A DNA stretch of 64,000 nucleotides from an uncultured bacterium (lineage in GTDB: Bacteria > Chloroflexota > UBA5177 > JANWHV01), in contig CAWHAE010000005.1 of assembly GCA_963827235.1 (NCBI GenBank), positions 15,660 through 79,659 of the forward strand, read 5' to 3'. The notes under the pieces are model-generated. The model did no database searches and was not told where the DNA came from. It saw only the letters and a program-made list of their open reading frames with translations. Each line of letters begins with the position of its first letter. Position 1 is the first letter of the stretch. Shown here in pieces: positions 1-9,267 of this stretch. The translations under genes were made by a program, and so were the position numbers.

Positions 1-582
1 CCCCGCGGCGACCAGTGCGCGCTGAGCACCGCCGGAGGGCGGGTGCTCCTGGTGGATGGCGTCGTGGCGGGTATCGGCATCCGGCCGAACATAGCGCTGG
101 CCGAGCAGGCCGGCATGGCCGTCAGGAACGGTATCCAGGTGGATCAGTTCCTGCGCACCAGCGACCCTGATATCTACGCGGCGGGCGACGTGGCCGAGTT
201 CCCGGACCACGCGCTGGGTGAGCACCGCAGGGTGGAACATGAGGACAACGCCAACGCCATGGGCCGCCTGGCAGGCAAGGCAATGGCCGGCCAGGCAGAA
301 CCCTATCACCACCTTCCCTTCTTCTACTCCGACTTGTTCGAGCTGGGGTACGAGGCAGTGGGCGACCTGGATGCCAAGCTGCAGACCGTGGCCGATTGGC
401 AGGATTCCTATCGCAAGGGCGTCGTCTACTACCTACGCGCAGGGCGCGTGCGCGGCGTGCTGCTGTGGAACATCTGGGGGCAGCTGAAGGCCGCAAGGCA
501 GCTCATCGCCGAGCCCGGCCCGTTCCGGCAGCAAGACCTGCTCGGCCGGCTGTCACAGCAGGAGAGGTCGGTTGAGCCATAG
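1..582 (+). CDS. NAD(P)/FAD-dependent oxidoreductase (ferredoxin reductase/AIF-like), 5'-truncated by window edge
   Basis: Frame open from base 1; motifs GIGIRPN, TSDPDIYAAGDVA, RVEHEDNA, PFFYSDLF, GVLLWN. Confidence 0.85.
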   Translation, partial: PRGDQCALSTAGGRVLLVDGVVAGIGIRPNIALAEQAGMAVRNGIQVDQFLRTSDPDIYAAGDVAEFPDHALGEHRRVEHEDNANAMGRLAGKAMAGQAEPYHHLPFFYSDLFELGYEAVGDLDAKLQTVADWQDSYRKGVVYYLRAGRVRGVLLWNIWGQLKAARQLIAEPGPFRQQDLLGRLSQQERSVEP

Positions 583-1271
583 GGAGTGGCAGCCATCGGC
601 TCCTGCGCTACAGCCTTACGCGGACGGCGTGATGGATCACGACAGGGTGATGAGCGATCGCAGGGCTCGCGACGTACTGGAGGCCGCGCCGTGAGTCTTG
701 CCGCGCAGCTGCCGCCAGGACAGCATCAGGCTCTCGGCGTCGGTGTGCTACACTCGGCAGAGCGACGTCAACCAGGAACGCGAGCGGAGCCCTGCCTCTC
801 GCTCCCGGACAGTACGCTGTCTCGCTCGCCTTTCCCATGACCGGTGTAACGCGCATGGTGTTTGATGTTCGGATGTCTCGTGGATGGCAGATGGTCAGGG
901 CGCTGCTCCTCGACGTCGATTCAAACGGCAGACCCGTGCCGATTACCACCAGCCCACCGTAGCGGTGGAAGACCTAAACATGCCACCATCTTCAATCTCT
1001 CTCCCACGTCGGCGGCCGCGCATCGTGCGGCGACGATCGGATCGTAGCCGCTCCCCTCGTACGCCAGAAGCACGCTGGCCCTGCGTTCCGAGCCCGCGAG
1101 CGCCGGCAGTCCGTATTCCCGGTTGAGTAGGGTGCTGCTGGCAACAGACGCCAGGTCTTTCGCTGTGGTGTCGTGAACGGTACCGGTTCCTCATCGCCAG
1201 TCTCGCGACCGTCTACGGCACGTACGGCCCGTCGGAGGACTCTGACACATCCTGCAGGTGCGTCAACCCCT

Positions 1272-3163
1272 TCACTCCTGCCGCGATGCCATCCTCGACT
1301 CTGCCAGGAGGGCATGCGCGGCGTCGAGAATGCCCCTGGGCCCGATGCCAGCAGCGTCCATGAGCTCCTCGGGCGTGCCTGAGCTCGGCAGCCTCTGCAC
1401 GGCGCACTGGATGATCTGCGGTGGTTGCGTCTCGGCGGCCAGGGCCTCCAGCACCGCCGCGCCGAGCCCGCCCTCCGGGTAGTGATCTTCGGCTACTACC
1501 AGGCGGCCGCCGGTGACGTGCGCAGCCTGGCGAAGCGCATCGCGGTCGACTGGCTTGACGGAGTAGAGGTCGATTACACGCGCCCGGATGTCCTCCCCGG
1601 CCAGCTGGTCTGCCGCCGCCAGGCAGGCGTACACGGTCACGCCCGCGCCAAGCAGCGCGACGCTGTCTTGGGAGGAGCTGCGCAGCAGCTTCGAGCCGCC
1701 GACGGTGAACGGCTCACCCGGGCCATACAGGACCGGGTAGGCGCCACGGGTGGTTCGCAGGTAGACGATGCCCGGCGTGTCCGCCGCGACGGCGGTGAGC
1801 TTCGCGGCCGACGTTGCATCAGAGGGGTAGAGCACGGTCGACCCATGGATAGCTCGCAGCGCCGCCAGATCCTCCAGGCCCATCTGCGACGGCCCATCCG
1901 GCCCAATCTCCACGCCGGTGTGCGAGCCCACCAGGCGCAGGTTGGCGCCGGAGATCGCCGCCATCCGGATGAAGTCGTAGGCCCGGCTGAGGAACGCGGC
2001 GAAGGTGGCGGCAAACGGCACGTAACCGCGCACGCTCATGCCGACCGCGGTGGCGACCAGCTGTTCCTCGGCGATAAACATCTCGAAAGAAGCGCTCCGG
2101 ATAGCGCTGGGCGAAGAGCTCCGTGCACGTGGAGTTGCCGACTTCACCGTCCAGGACGACGACGCCTGCGCGGGCGCCAAGCGCGGCGAGCGCGTCGCCG
2201 AAGGCTTTGCGAGTCGCCATCCGCTCGCCGAGAGCGTAGCTCGGTAACGCGACCTCGGCAGGTGCCTCTGTGACGGCAGTTGCCGCTCGCGCTGGCTTTG
2301 CCGGCTGCACCCGCACGTCGCGGCTGCCGCCCAACTCGGCGATCGCCTGGTCCGCCAGCACGGGCGGGAGCGCCCGGCCATGCCAGCCTTCCTTGTCCGC
2401 GAGTGCGCTGAACGCCCCAGCCTTTGACGGTCTTGGCGATGATCACCGTGGGCTTGTCGGTGACTGCGCGAGCAATCGCGAACGCTTCGTCCATGGCGGC
2501 CAGATGGTGGCCGTCGACAACCTGGGCGTGCCAACCAAAGGCTTCGGCGCGCCGTCTGTATGTCTCCAAGTCCCAGCCCAGTGCCGTCTCTCCGCGCTGG
2601 CCCAGGCGGTTGATGTCCCACAACGCGGTCAGATTGGAGAGGTGGTAGTAGGACGCTTTGTCGAGCGCCTCCCAGATCGAGCCCTCGGCCAGCTCCGAGT
2701 CGCCGCAGAGCACCCACACGTGGTACGGCCGCTGCTCCAGGTACTTGCCGGCCAGGGCGATGCCCACGCCGATGGGCAGCCCCTGGCCGAGCGAGCCGGT
2801 GGCAACGTCGACCCAGGGCAGTGCAGGGGTGGGATGCCCCTGCAGCCGCGAGCCAAACGCGCGGAAGGTCAGCAACTCCTGGTCCGTGATGGCACCCGCG
2901 GCCTTGTACATGGCATAGAGCAGCGGCGAGGCATGGCCTTTGGAGAAGATCAGATGGTCGTTGTTGGGATTGCGCGGATCGTCAAAGTCATAGGCAAGGT
3001 GCTTGCTCAGCAGGACCGCCATGAGACCGGCCGCGGACAGCGCCGAGGTGGGGTGGCCCGATCCGGCAGCGGTGGATGCGCGAATGCTGTCGATGCGCAG
3101 CTGCTGCGCCAGCTCAAAGAGTTCTGGGATAGTTGCCGTATCGCGGCTGATGGCAAGTGCCAC
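1272..3163 (-). CDS. tkt: Transketolase (single chain), frameshifted near ~2400-2360 and ~2085
   Basis: N-half GSGHPTS, FSKGHA, GSLGQG, GDSE..EGS TPP motif (ORF 2144..3163); C-half FIAEEQ, DFIRM, GPDGPSQM, EDHYPEGGLG (ORF 1272..2717); GTG start with GAAGGAG RBS. Confidence 0.9.
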
Positions 3164-3301
3164 TTCGCGTGCTCCTTCCTGCCCTCGCCCGCTGCCCTGT
3201 GTGCTCAGAATCGCTCCGTGGTGCTCGGGCGGTGGCGAACCTCATCGCCAGCCCGTGGCTCCGTGATCGAGGTAGTCTAGCGCGGACAAGGCTCTCGATC
3301 C

Positions 3302-3315
3302 GTGACTTTTGTCGC
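3302..3315. promoter_or_regulatory. Palindromic operator copy 1, GTGAC-TTTT-GTCGC
   Basis: In the divergent tkt/HMA intergenic region; near-identical to sites at 6408 and 8923. Confidence 0.55.
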
Positions 3316-3386
3316 CGAGACGTCTCCACGCATCCTCACGTCGTGCGGGCGCGCAATCGCTCCTGGCCGTGAAACGCTGTAGCTAC

Positions 3387-3400
3387 TTGACGCCGATCAT
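3387..3400. promoter_or_regulatory. FNR/Flp-like box TTGACGCCGATCAT
   Basis: 8/10 match to TTGAT-N4-ATCAA, upstream of HMA gene. Confidence 0.45.
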
Positions 3401-3441
3401 ATAACCGGGCGGCGGCTCACGCCTATGATGGTCCCAGAACG

Positions 3442-3455
3442 TTGAACTCCATCAA
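3442..3455. promoter_or_regulatory. FNR/Flp-like box TTGAACTCCATCAA
   Basis: 9/10 match to TTGAT-N4-ATCAA, directly before the RBS of the HMA gene. Confidence 0.6.
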
Positions 3456-3468
3456 GGGGAAGCATACG

Positions 3469-3684
3469 ATGAAGACCATTCTGCGAACTCCAGACCTGAC
3501 CTGTCCATCCTGCGTGCTGAAGATCGAAAAGGCGCTCAAACACGTGGATGGCGTCCAGCATGCCACCGTGCACTTCACCACGGGCCGCATCGAGGTACAG
3601 CACGATCCGGAGCGGGTCACCGTGGATGACCTGGTGAAGACCGTGCGCGCGACCGGCTACCAGGCCACGGCGGGAACACGCTGA
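3469..3684 (+). CDS. Heavy-metal-associated (HMA) domain chaperone
   Basis: LTCPSC metal-binding motif, 71 aa, AAGGGGA RBS, TGATG overlap with ATPase gene. Confidence 0.9.
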   Translation: MKTILRTPDLTCPSCVLKIEKALKHVDGVQHATVHFTTGRIEVQHDPERVTVDDLVKTVRATGYQATAGTR

Positions 3685-5594
3685 TGCGCGCGTCGTCCCC
3701 CTGGCTCTCCAGCCCCACCCAGCGCCGCCTGCTGCTCACCACCGCCAGCGGGATCCTCATTGGCGCGGGGTTCGGGGCCGGCTGGGTGACCGGATCCCCG
3801 ACCCTCCGGTCCGGGCTGCTCGTCGCCGCTGCCGCTATCGCCGGGTCCGACATCGCCCTGCGCGCATTACTGGGTCTGCGCCGCCGCCAGGTCACCATCG
3901 AGCTGCTCGTCACCATCGCGGCAACCGGCGCGGTGGCCATCGGCGAGGCCTGGGAAGCCGCCGCCGTCACCTTCCTGTTCATGCTGGGCGCCTACCTGGA
4001 GGCCCGGATGCTCGGCCGGACGCGGGCGGCGCTGACCCACCTGCTTGCCCTGGTCCCGGCGACGGCCACGGTGCTGCGCGCGGGGGACGAGGTGGTCATC
4101 GCGCCCGACGACGTGCAGGTGGGCGAGACCGTGCTGGTCAGGCCCGGCGCGCGCATCCCGGTCGACGGCGCCGTCTTGCGGGGACGGGCCGCCGTCGACG
4201 AGAGCATGATCAGCGGTGAGTCGCTGCCGGTAGAGAAGACGGTGGCTGACCCGGTCTACGCGGGCACAATCAGCCGGGACGGTGTGCTGTGGTTGCGGGC
4301 GACGGGCACCGGCGCCGATACGACGCTGGCGCGCATCGTCGGCTGGGTGGAAGCGGCGCAGGAAGCCAAAATGCCGATGCAGCGGTCCATCGAGCGGTTT
4401 GCCCGCTGGTATACGCCGGCCATCATCGGTCTGAGCGTCGTCCTCTTCCTGGCCACGCGCGATACCCGGCTGGCCCTGACCCTGCTGGTCATCGGCTGCC
4501 CCGGCGCCCTGGTCATCGCCACGCCGGTGGCGGTCGTCGCCGGCATCGGCCGCGCGGCCCAGCGGGGTATTCTGATCAAGGGCGGCGAGCACCTGGAAGC
4601 TGCGACCCGCATCTCCGCCCTGGCCCTGGACAAGACCGGCACAATCACCCTGGGCGCACCAGCGCTGACGGATCTGGTCGTCCTGGCACCGTTGCCGCCG
4701 GTCGACGGCCAGCTCGCCACGCGCACCGGCTCCTGGAGCCCGGCGCAGCAGGACGTGCTGCGCTGGGCGGCCATCGCGGAGGCCGGCTCGGAGCACCCGC
4801 TCGCTCTGCCCATCCTCGACGCGGCCAGAACCGTCGGCGCGGTCCGCCAGGCCGACGAGATCGCCGTGCATGCGGGACGAGGCGTCAGTGCCACCTATCA
4901 GGGCCATGCTATCGCCGTGGGCACCAGAACCCTCATGGGCGAGCTTGGCGTTGCGATAAGCGTGGAAGCCGAGGAGCGCATACGCCATCTGACAGAGACC
5001 GGCACGATCTCCGTCCTACTGGCTCATGACGGCAGGGCGGCAGGTATCTTCGGCCTCGCCGATACCAGGAGGGCTGCCGCTGCCGCCATGGTCGCGGGTC
5101 TGAAGGCCGGCGGCTTGCGCCGTATCGCACTGCTGACGGGCGACGGAAGCCGCACAGCGGAGGCCATCGCCCGCGAGGTCGGTATCGACGAGGTGTATGC
5201 CGGCCTCCTGCCCGTGGACAAGCTCGCACACATTCGCCGGCTCCAGCAGGCAGGGCACGTCGTGGCCATGGTCGGCGACGGCATCAACGACGCGCCGGCA
5301 CTGGCTGCCGCCGACGTCGGCATCGCCATGGGTGCAAGGGGTACGGCGCTCACCGTGGAGACGGCGGATATCGTTCTCATGACCGACGATCTGATGAAGC
5401 TACCCGAGGCCCTACGACTGGCGCGGGCTACTACACGGGCGATCCGGCAAAACCTTGTGATTGCGCTGGCCACGGCGGCCGCCCTGCTCGTCGGCGTGCT
5501 CTTCGGTCGCGTCGGCATGGCCGGGGGCATGTTCGTGCACCAGGCCTCCGTGCTCCTGGTCGTCGTCAATGCCCTGCGACTCCTGCGCGCCTGA
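3684..5594 (+). CDS. Heavy-metal translocating P1B-type ATPase (CPG motif)
   Basis: SGES, IGCPGAL, DKTGT, SEHP, GDGINDAPAL, C-terminal HQAS..VVNALRL. Confidence 0.95.
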   Translation: MRASSPWLSSPTQRRLLLTTASGILIGAGFGAGWVTGSPTLRSGLLVAAAAIAGSDIALRALLGLRRRQVTIELLVTIAATGAVAIGEAWEAAAVTFLFMLGAYLEARMLGRTRAALTHLLALVPATATVLRAGDEVVIAPDDVQVGETVLVRPGARIPVDGAVLRGRAAVDESMISGESLPVEKTVADPVYAGTISRDGVLWLRATGTGADTTLARIVGWVEAAQEAKMPMQRSIERFARWYTPAIIGLSVVLFLATRDTRLALTLLVIGCPGALVIATPVAVVAGIGRAAQRGILIKGGEHLEAATRISALALDKTGTITLGAPALTDLVVLAPLPPVDGQLATRTGSWSPAQQDVLRWAAIAEAGSEHPLALPILDAARTVGAVRQADEIAVHAGRGVSATYQGHAIAVGTRTLMGELGVAISVEAEERIRHLTETGTISVLLAHDGRAAGIFGLADTRRAAAAAMVAGLKAGGLRRIALLTGDGSRTAEAIAREVGIDEVYAGLLPVDKLAHIRRLQQAGHVVAMVGDGINDAPALAAADVGIAMGARGTALTVETADIVLMTDDLMKLPEALRLARATTRAIRQNLVIALATAAALLVGVLFGRVGMAGGMFVHQASVLLVVVNALRLLRA

Positions 5595-5678
5595 GGGTGG
5601 CGCCGTCGACCGGGCTCAGCGGCGATGTTCAGCCGCACGGAGAGAGGTGCTAGACCCATGACCGGAGAGGAGTCGCAG

Positions 5679-6380
5679 ATGCACACCGTGTTGATCGTCT
5701 TGGAGGGCACCGCGACCGACGACCGGATCATCGATCTGGCCGGGTTGCTGCTCGCCGATCGTGATCTCGAGATCGTATTGCTGCACGCCATCGCGGTTCC
5801 GCCGGCGACGAGCAGTGCGTGGCCCACGACCATCGTGATCGAAGGCTACGTCTCCGGCGAGGCCTGCGGTGCCGTGGTAGCGCCGCTGCGCAAGCGGCTG
5901 CAGGCGGGGCTCCGGTGCAGTTGCCACGAGGTGCCGCGACTGGTACCGCGCCACCTCATCCTCCGTGGCGGCCTGCCCGGCGTGGCGGAACGGTGCGGAC
6001 TCGCGCAGCAGCGCCGAGACTCAATCGCCCGCCTTGGCACATACGCCCGGCGCCTCGAGCGGCACGGCATCGACGGGGCGCGGATCACACGCGATTCCGC
6101 GATCGGCACGGTGACCGAGATCATCGGAGATGCAGCCGGGCACTATCGTGCAGATTTGGTTGTGGTCGGCAGCCGTGACGCCGGCAGCATGCGGCACATC
6201 GTAGGTGAGGCATATCCCGCGCCGACGCCGCATTCTCCGGGCTACGCGGTGTTGGTTGTGCCGAGTGTCGATGGAACCGGCGCCGATGCAATGCAGCAGA
6301 CGTACGAACACGACCGCCTCGTCATTGAGGGGGCGGCGACAGGCGCCCGCGCGTTGGCCGCGCCATCCGGCTTGTGGTGA
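5679..6380 (+). CDS. Universal stress protein (USP)-like protein
   Basis: N-terminal TVLIVLEG strand, IVLLHAI, and I...A..Y.ADLVVVGSR.AG USP signature; GAGGAG RBS. Confidence 0.65.
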   Translation: MHTVLIVLEGTATDDRIIDLAGLLLADRDLEIVLLHAIAVPPATSSAWPTTIVIEGYVSGEACGAVVAPLRKRLQAGLRCSCHEVPRLVPRHLILRGGLPGVAERCGLAQQRRDSIARLGTYARRLERHGIDGARITRDSAIGTVTEIIGDAAGHYRADLVVVGSRDAGSMRHIVGEAYPAPTPHSPGYAVLVVPSVDGTGADAMQQTYEHDRLVIEGAATGARALAAPSGLW

Positions 6381-6407
6381 ATGGACGGAGCCGTCGGTCC
6401 TGCTGCG

Positions 6408-6421
6408 ATAACAAAAGTCAC
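6408..6421. promoter_or_regulatory. Palindromic operator copy 2, ATAAC-AAAA-GTCAC
   Basis: Intergenic, upstream of ORFs 6508/6733; shares ACAAAAGTCACGG with the reverse complement of copy 1. Confidence 0.5.
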
Positions 6422-6507
6422 GGCAGCGATACTGCGTCTGGTGCAAAGTGGGCACAGATAGACGGAGCCGCGATCAGGTTCGTGGTCTAGAGCGTGAGGA
6501 GATTCCG

Positions 6508-6651
6508 ATGCAGACACGGGACATGAGCGCAGCCGTGGACGGAGTAATCGCCTGTCTGCTGCTGGCTTCCACCGGCATGGCCGTCTGGATCCTTGGGGCG
6601 TACCTGCTCTCGCCGCACCAGGATCAGCGCTGCCTGCCCAAGAGATCATAA
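6508..6651 (+). CDS. Small single-TM hypothetical protein (47 aa)
   Basis: GAGGAG RBS; hydrophobic run GVIACLLLASTGMAVWILGAYLL. Confidence 0.45.
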   Translation: MQTRDMSAAVDGVIACLLLASTGMAVWILGAYLLSPHQDQRCLPKRS

Positions 6652-6732
6652 AGCCGCCCGTGCCGTGTGGGCCGTAGACAGCCGAGTCGACGGCCTTGCC
6701 TGCGGCAGACGAGCGGCACGAGGAGGCGACCG

Positions 6733-7221
6733 ATGAACAATCATGCAACGATACCCCTATCAGTGGGACATAGTGCGTACGTCGAGCAGGTCAAGCAGCT
6801 CGTGGATGAGCATATGGAGCGACTCGAGGCGCTCCTGAGACACAGTGCCGCGTGCACGGATCCAACCGGCCGGCAGACAGTGGGTCTCCGCGTGGCGCGC
6901 GGCGCGCGTTGGCTCCGGCTGAGCGCCGGAGACAATGCACTGCTCTTTGACGTCGAAGTCAGCATTGACGTGCCTGAGGGCGCCAGTCGCGCGCTCTTCT
7001 TTCCCACCGGACCGGCTCGCTGTCTCGTACACGCATCCGACAGCATCCTCGCGCGATGGGACTTGCGGCGCCTGTATCAGGAGAGTACCTCGCCGACCTA
7101 CGCATGGATGGTGGCGCAGACAGAGACGCGTGTCGGTCCGGCAGAGATGGCGACCGTGGTCGCTCACGTGCTGGCCTGCCGGGCAGCGGAAGATCCTGTG
7201 GTCGCGTCCATACCGGCATGA
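6733..7221 (+). CDS. Hypothetical protein (162 aa)
   Basis: AGGAGG RBS, protein-like composition, co-oriented with neighbours; no recognised family. Confidence 0.6.
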   Translation: MNNHATIPLSVGHSAYVEQVKQLVDEHMERLEALLRHSAACTDPTGRQTVGLRVARGARWLRLSAGDNALLFDVEVSIDVPEGASRALFFPTGPARCLVHASDSILARWDLRRLYQESTSPTYAWMVAQTETRVGPAEMATVVAHVLACRAAEDPVVASIPA

Positions 7222-7262
7222 CTGGTGGCTCGGGCGCTAGATGTGGGAAAGGAACGACGACC

Positions 7263-7730
7263 ATGGAATCGCGGATCAACTATGGAGCGGTTGCCCCGGA
7301 TGCAATACGGGTGATGGGCGCTGTAGGGGCCCATGCTCGTCACAGCGGTCTTGAGTCTTCGCTTCTCGAGCTCGTGCGGCTACGCGCCTCGCAGATCAAC
7401 GGCTGCGCCTACTGCATCGACATGCACACCAAGGACGCGCGCGCGGCCGGTGAGACCGAACAGCGCTTGTATGCGCTCTCCGCGTGGTATGAGACTCCAT
7501 TCTACTCCGAGCGCGAGCGGGCAGCTCTCGCCTGGACCGAGGCCGTGACGCTGGTCGGCCAGGAGCACGTGCCAGATGCCGTGCATGAGCAGGCGCGCGC
7601 GCAGTTTGGCGAGAAGGAGCTCGTCGACCTCACCGTGGCGATCATCGCCATCAACGGCTGGAACCGCCTGGCGATCGCCTTCCGCACGGTGCCCGGCACC
7701 TATCAACCGGCTGCCAGCAGGGCAGGGTAG
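7263..7730 (+). CDS. Carboxymuconolactone decarboxylase / AhpD-like alkylhydroperoxidase family protein
   Basis: ELVRLRASQINGCAYCIDMH, ERERAALAWTEA, INGWNRL. Confidence 0.92.
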   Translation: MESRINYGAVAPDAIRVMGAVGAHARHSGLESSLLELVRLRASQINGCAYCIDMHTKDARAAGETEQRLYALSAWYETPFYSERERAALAWTEAVTLVGQEHVPDAVHEQARAQFGEKELVDLTVAIIAINGWNRLAIAFRTVPGTYQPAASRAG

Positions 7731-7965
7731 CGACCTTCTTCTGGGTCAGCGTCGGCGAATCACGAGGCGTAAACCGTTGCCGCGATTCAGGTGACGGGGG
7801 GACGGGGGCGATCAGGGCCTGTTCGTGAGCGCTGGGTGCGACGAGCGGCGCCCGATGATGCCGACCACGAGAGCTCCATGCGCCGGGATACGGTATGTTC
7901 GTGCGCGGAGTTTGCGCGAGCGCAATGCGCTAGGCAGATGTGGGCGACTCGAAAGGGGCGGGCAC

Positions 7966-8502
7966 ATGGGTAAAGTATTCGAGGAGATCGACGACGTGCT
8001 CGCGACGTTCATCCGCCGCCAGCACGTATTCTTCGTCGGGACCGCCCCGACCAGCCCCGGAGGTCACGTGGATGTCTCTCCAAAGGGCCTCGACACCTTT
8101 CGCATCCTCGGTCCGCGAGCGGTGGCGTATCTCGACCTAACGGGAAGCGGTATTGAGACTGCGGCGCACCTGAACGACAATGGTCGTGTCACCGTGATGT
8201 TCTGCGCGTTCGACGGGCCACCCAAGATCGTGCGACTCTACGGTCGCGGCTCTGTGGTGCGGCCGGGGCAGGGCGAGTTTGCGCCGCTCATTGCTCAATT
8301 TCCGGAGTATCCCGGGGTGCGGGCCATTGTCCGGATCGATCTCGATCGCATCGCCGGCTCCTGCGGCTTCGGCGTGCCTTGGCTACAGTACCAGGGCGAC
8401 CGCAATCAGATGATTGATTGGGCAGAGCATAAGGGTGCGCAGGGACTCGCGACCTATCAGAAGGACCACAACCGCAGCATAGATGGCTTGACCGGGCTCT
8501 GA
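7966..8502 (+). CDS. Pyridoxamine 5'-phosphate oxidase family protein
   Basis: FFVGTAP, VSPKG, YLDLTGSGIET, MFCAF.GPP.IVRLYG, SCGFGVP. Confidence 0.9.
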   Translation: MGKVFEEIDDVLATFIRRQHVFFVGTAPTSPGGHVDVSPKGLDTFRILGPRAVAYLDLTGSGIETAAHLNDNGRVTVMFCAFDGPPKIVRLYGRGSVVRPGQGEFAPLIAQFPEYPGVRAIVRIDLDRIAGSCGFGVPWLQYQGDRNQMIDWAEHKGAQGLATYQKDHNRSIDGLTGL

Positions 8503-8571
8503 ATCCCGGCCGATGGCCTGTGCGGGGTTGACTGCGCCCCGCTCAATCGGACCACTATTGTGCCGAAGCCA

Positions 8572-8842
8572 GCCGAGCTGCGGCTGTATGCATTGGCGGC
8601 GTGGCGCGGGGCACCCTTCTACTAAGAGCGCGAACGGGCGACCCTAGCCTGGACCGAGGCCGTGACGCTGATCAGCCACAATCACGTCCCGGACGCCGCG
8701 TATGAGCAGGCTAGGGCATAGTTCGGGGAGAACGAGCGCGTCGACCTGACCATGGCGGTCAGTGCCATCCATACCTGGAATCGCTTGGCGATCGCCTTCC
8801 GCACGGTTCCCGGCACTTATCGACCGGCTGCCACCAGGGCAG
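8572..8842 (+). pseudogene. Decayed partial copy of the CMD/AhpD gene (3' part)
   Basis: Colinear with 7455..7725 (RLYAL.AW...FY*ERER..LAWTEAVTL...WNRLAIAFRTVPGTY); in-frame stops TAA 8623-8625 and TAG 8719-8721; no 5' part. Confidence 0.85.
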
Positions 8843-8922
8843 ATTCGCGACCATCTCCTGAGCTGGACCCGGCGAATGGTGCGACTTGACCGGTCGCGAT
8901 TCGAGTGACGCGATAGTCTGCC

Positions 8923-8936
8923 GTGACAAAAGTCAT
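8923..8936. promoter_or_regulatory. Palindromic operator copy 3, GTGAC-AAAA-GTCAT
   Basis: Flanked by CC..GG, ~330 bp upstream of narG. Confidence 0.55.
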
Positions 8937-9267
8937 GGTGCGCGTACGTCTCACCCCTGCACGATGGTACCGTGCTTGCCTGGCATGCTGCTGTTCTGGG
9001 CTGCGGCGCGCACGGTCGATTCATGCAGCGGGTATTCATGTTCGCGCCCTGCATGCTGTGTTCAGGCAGGCCGCAGGACGACCCCGCCGAGACAGTGGTT
9101 GCCGCCGCCGTTGCGTTGGAAAGTTAACACAGACTATTCTACTCTGACCGAGAAGGGAACGATCTTTTGCGCGTGCTGCGACAGTTCCAGGTGAAGCACG
9201 AACACGTGGTGAACCCCTCCCAGCATCTCGCTCGTCGTGCCGCACCCGCGCGGAGCCGGAGCGCCGC

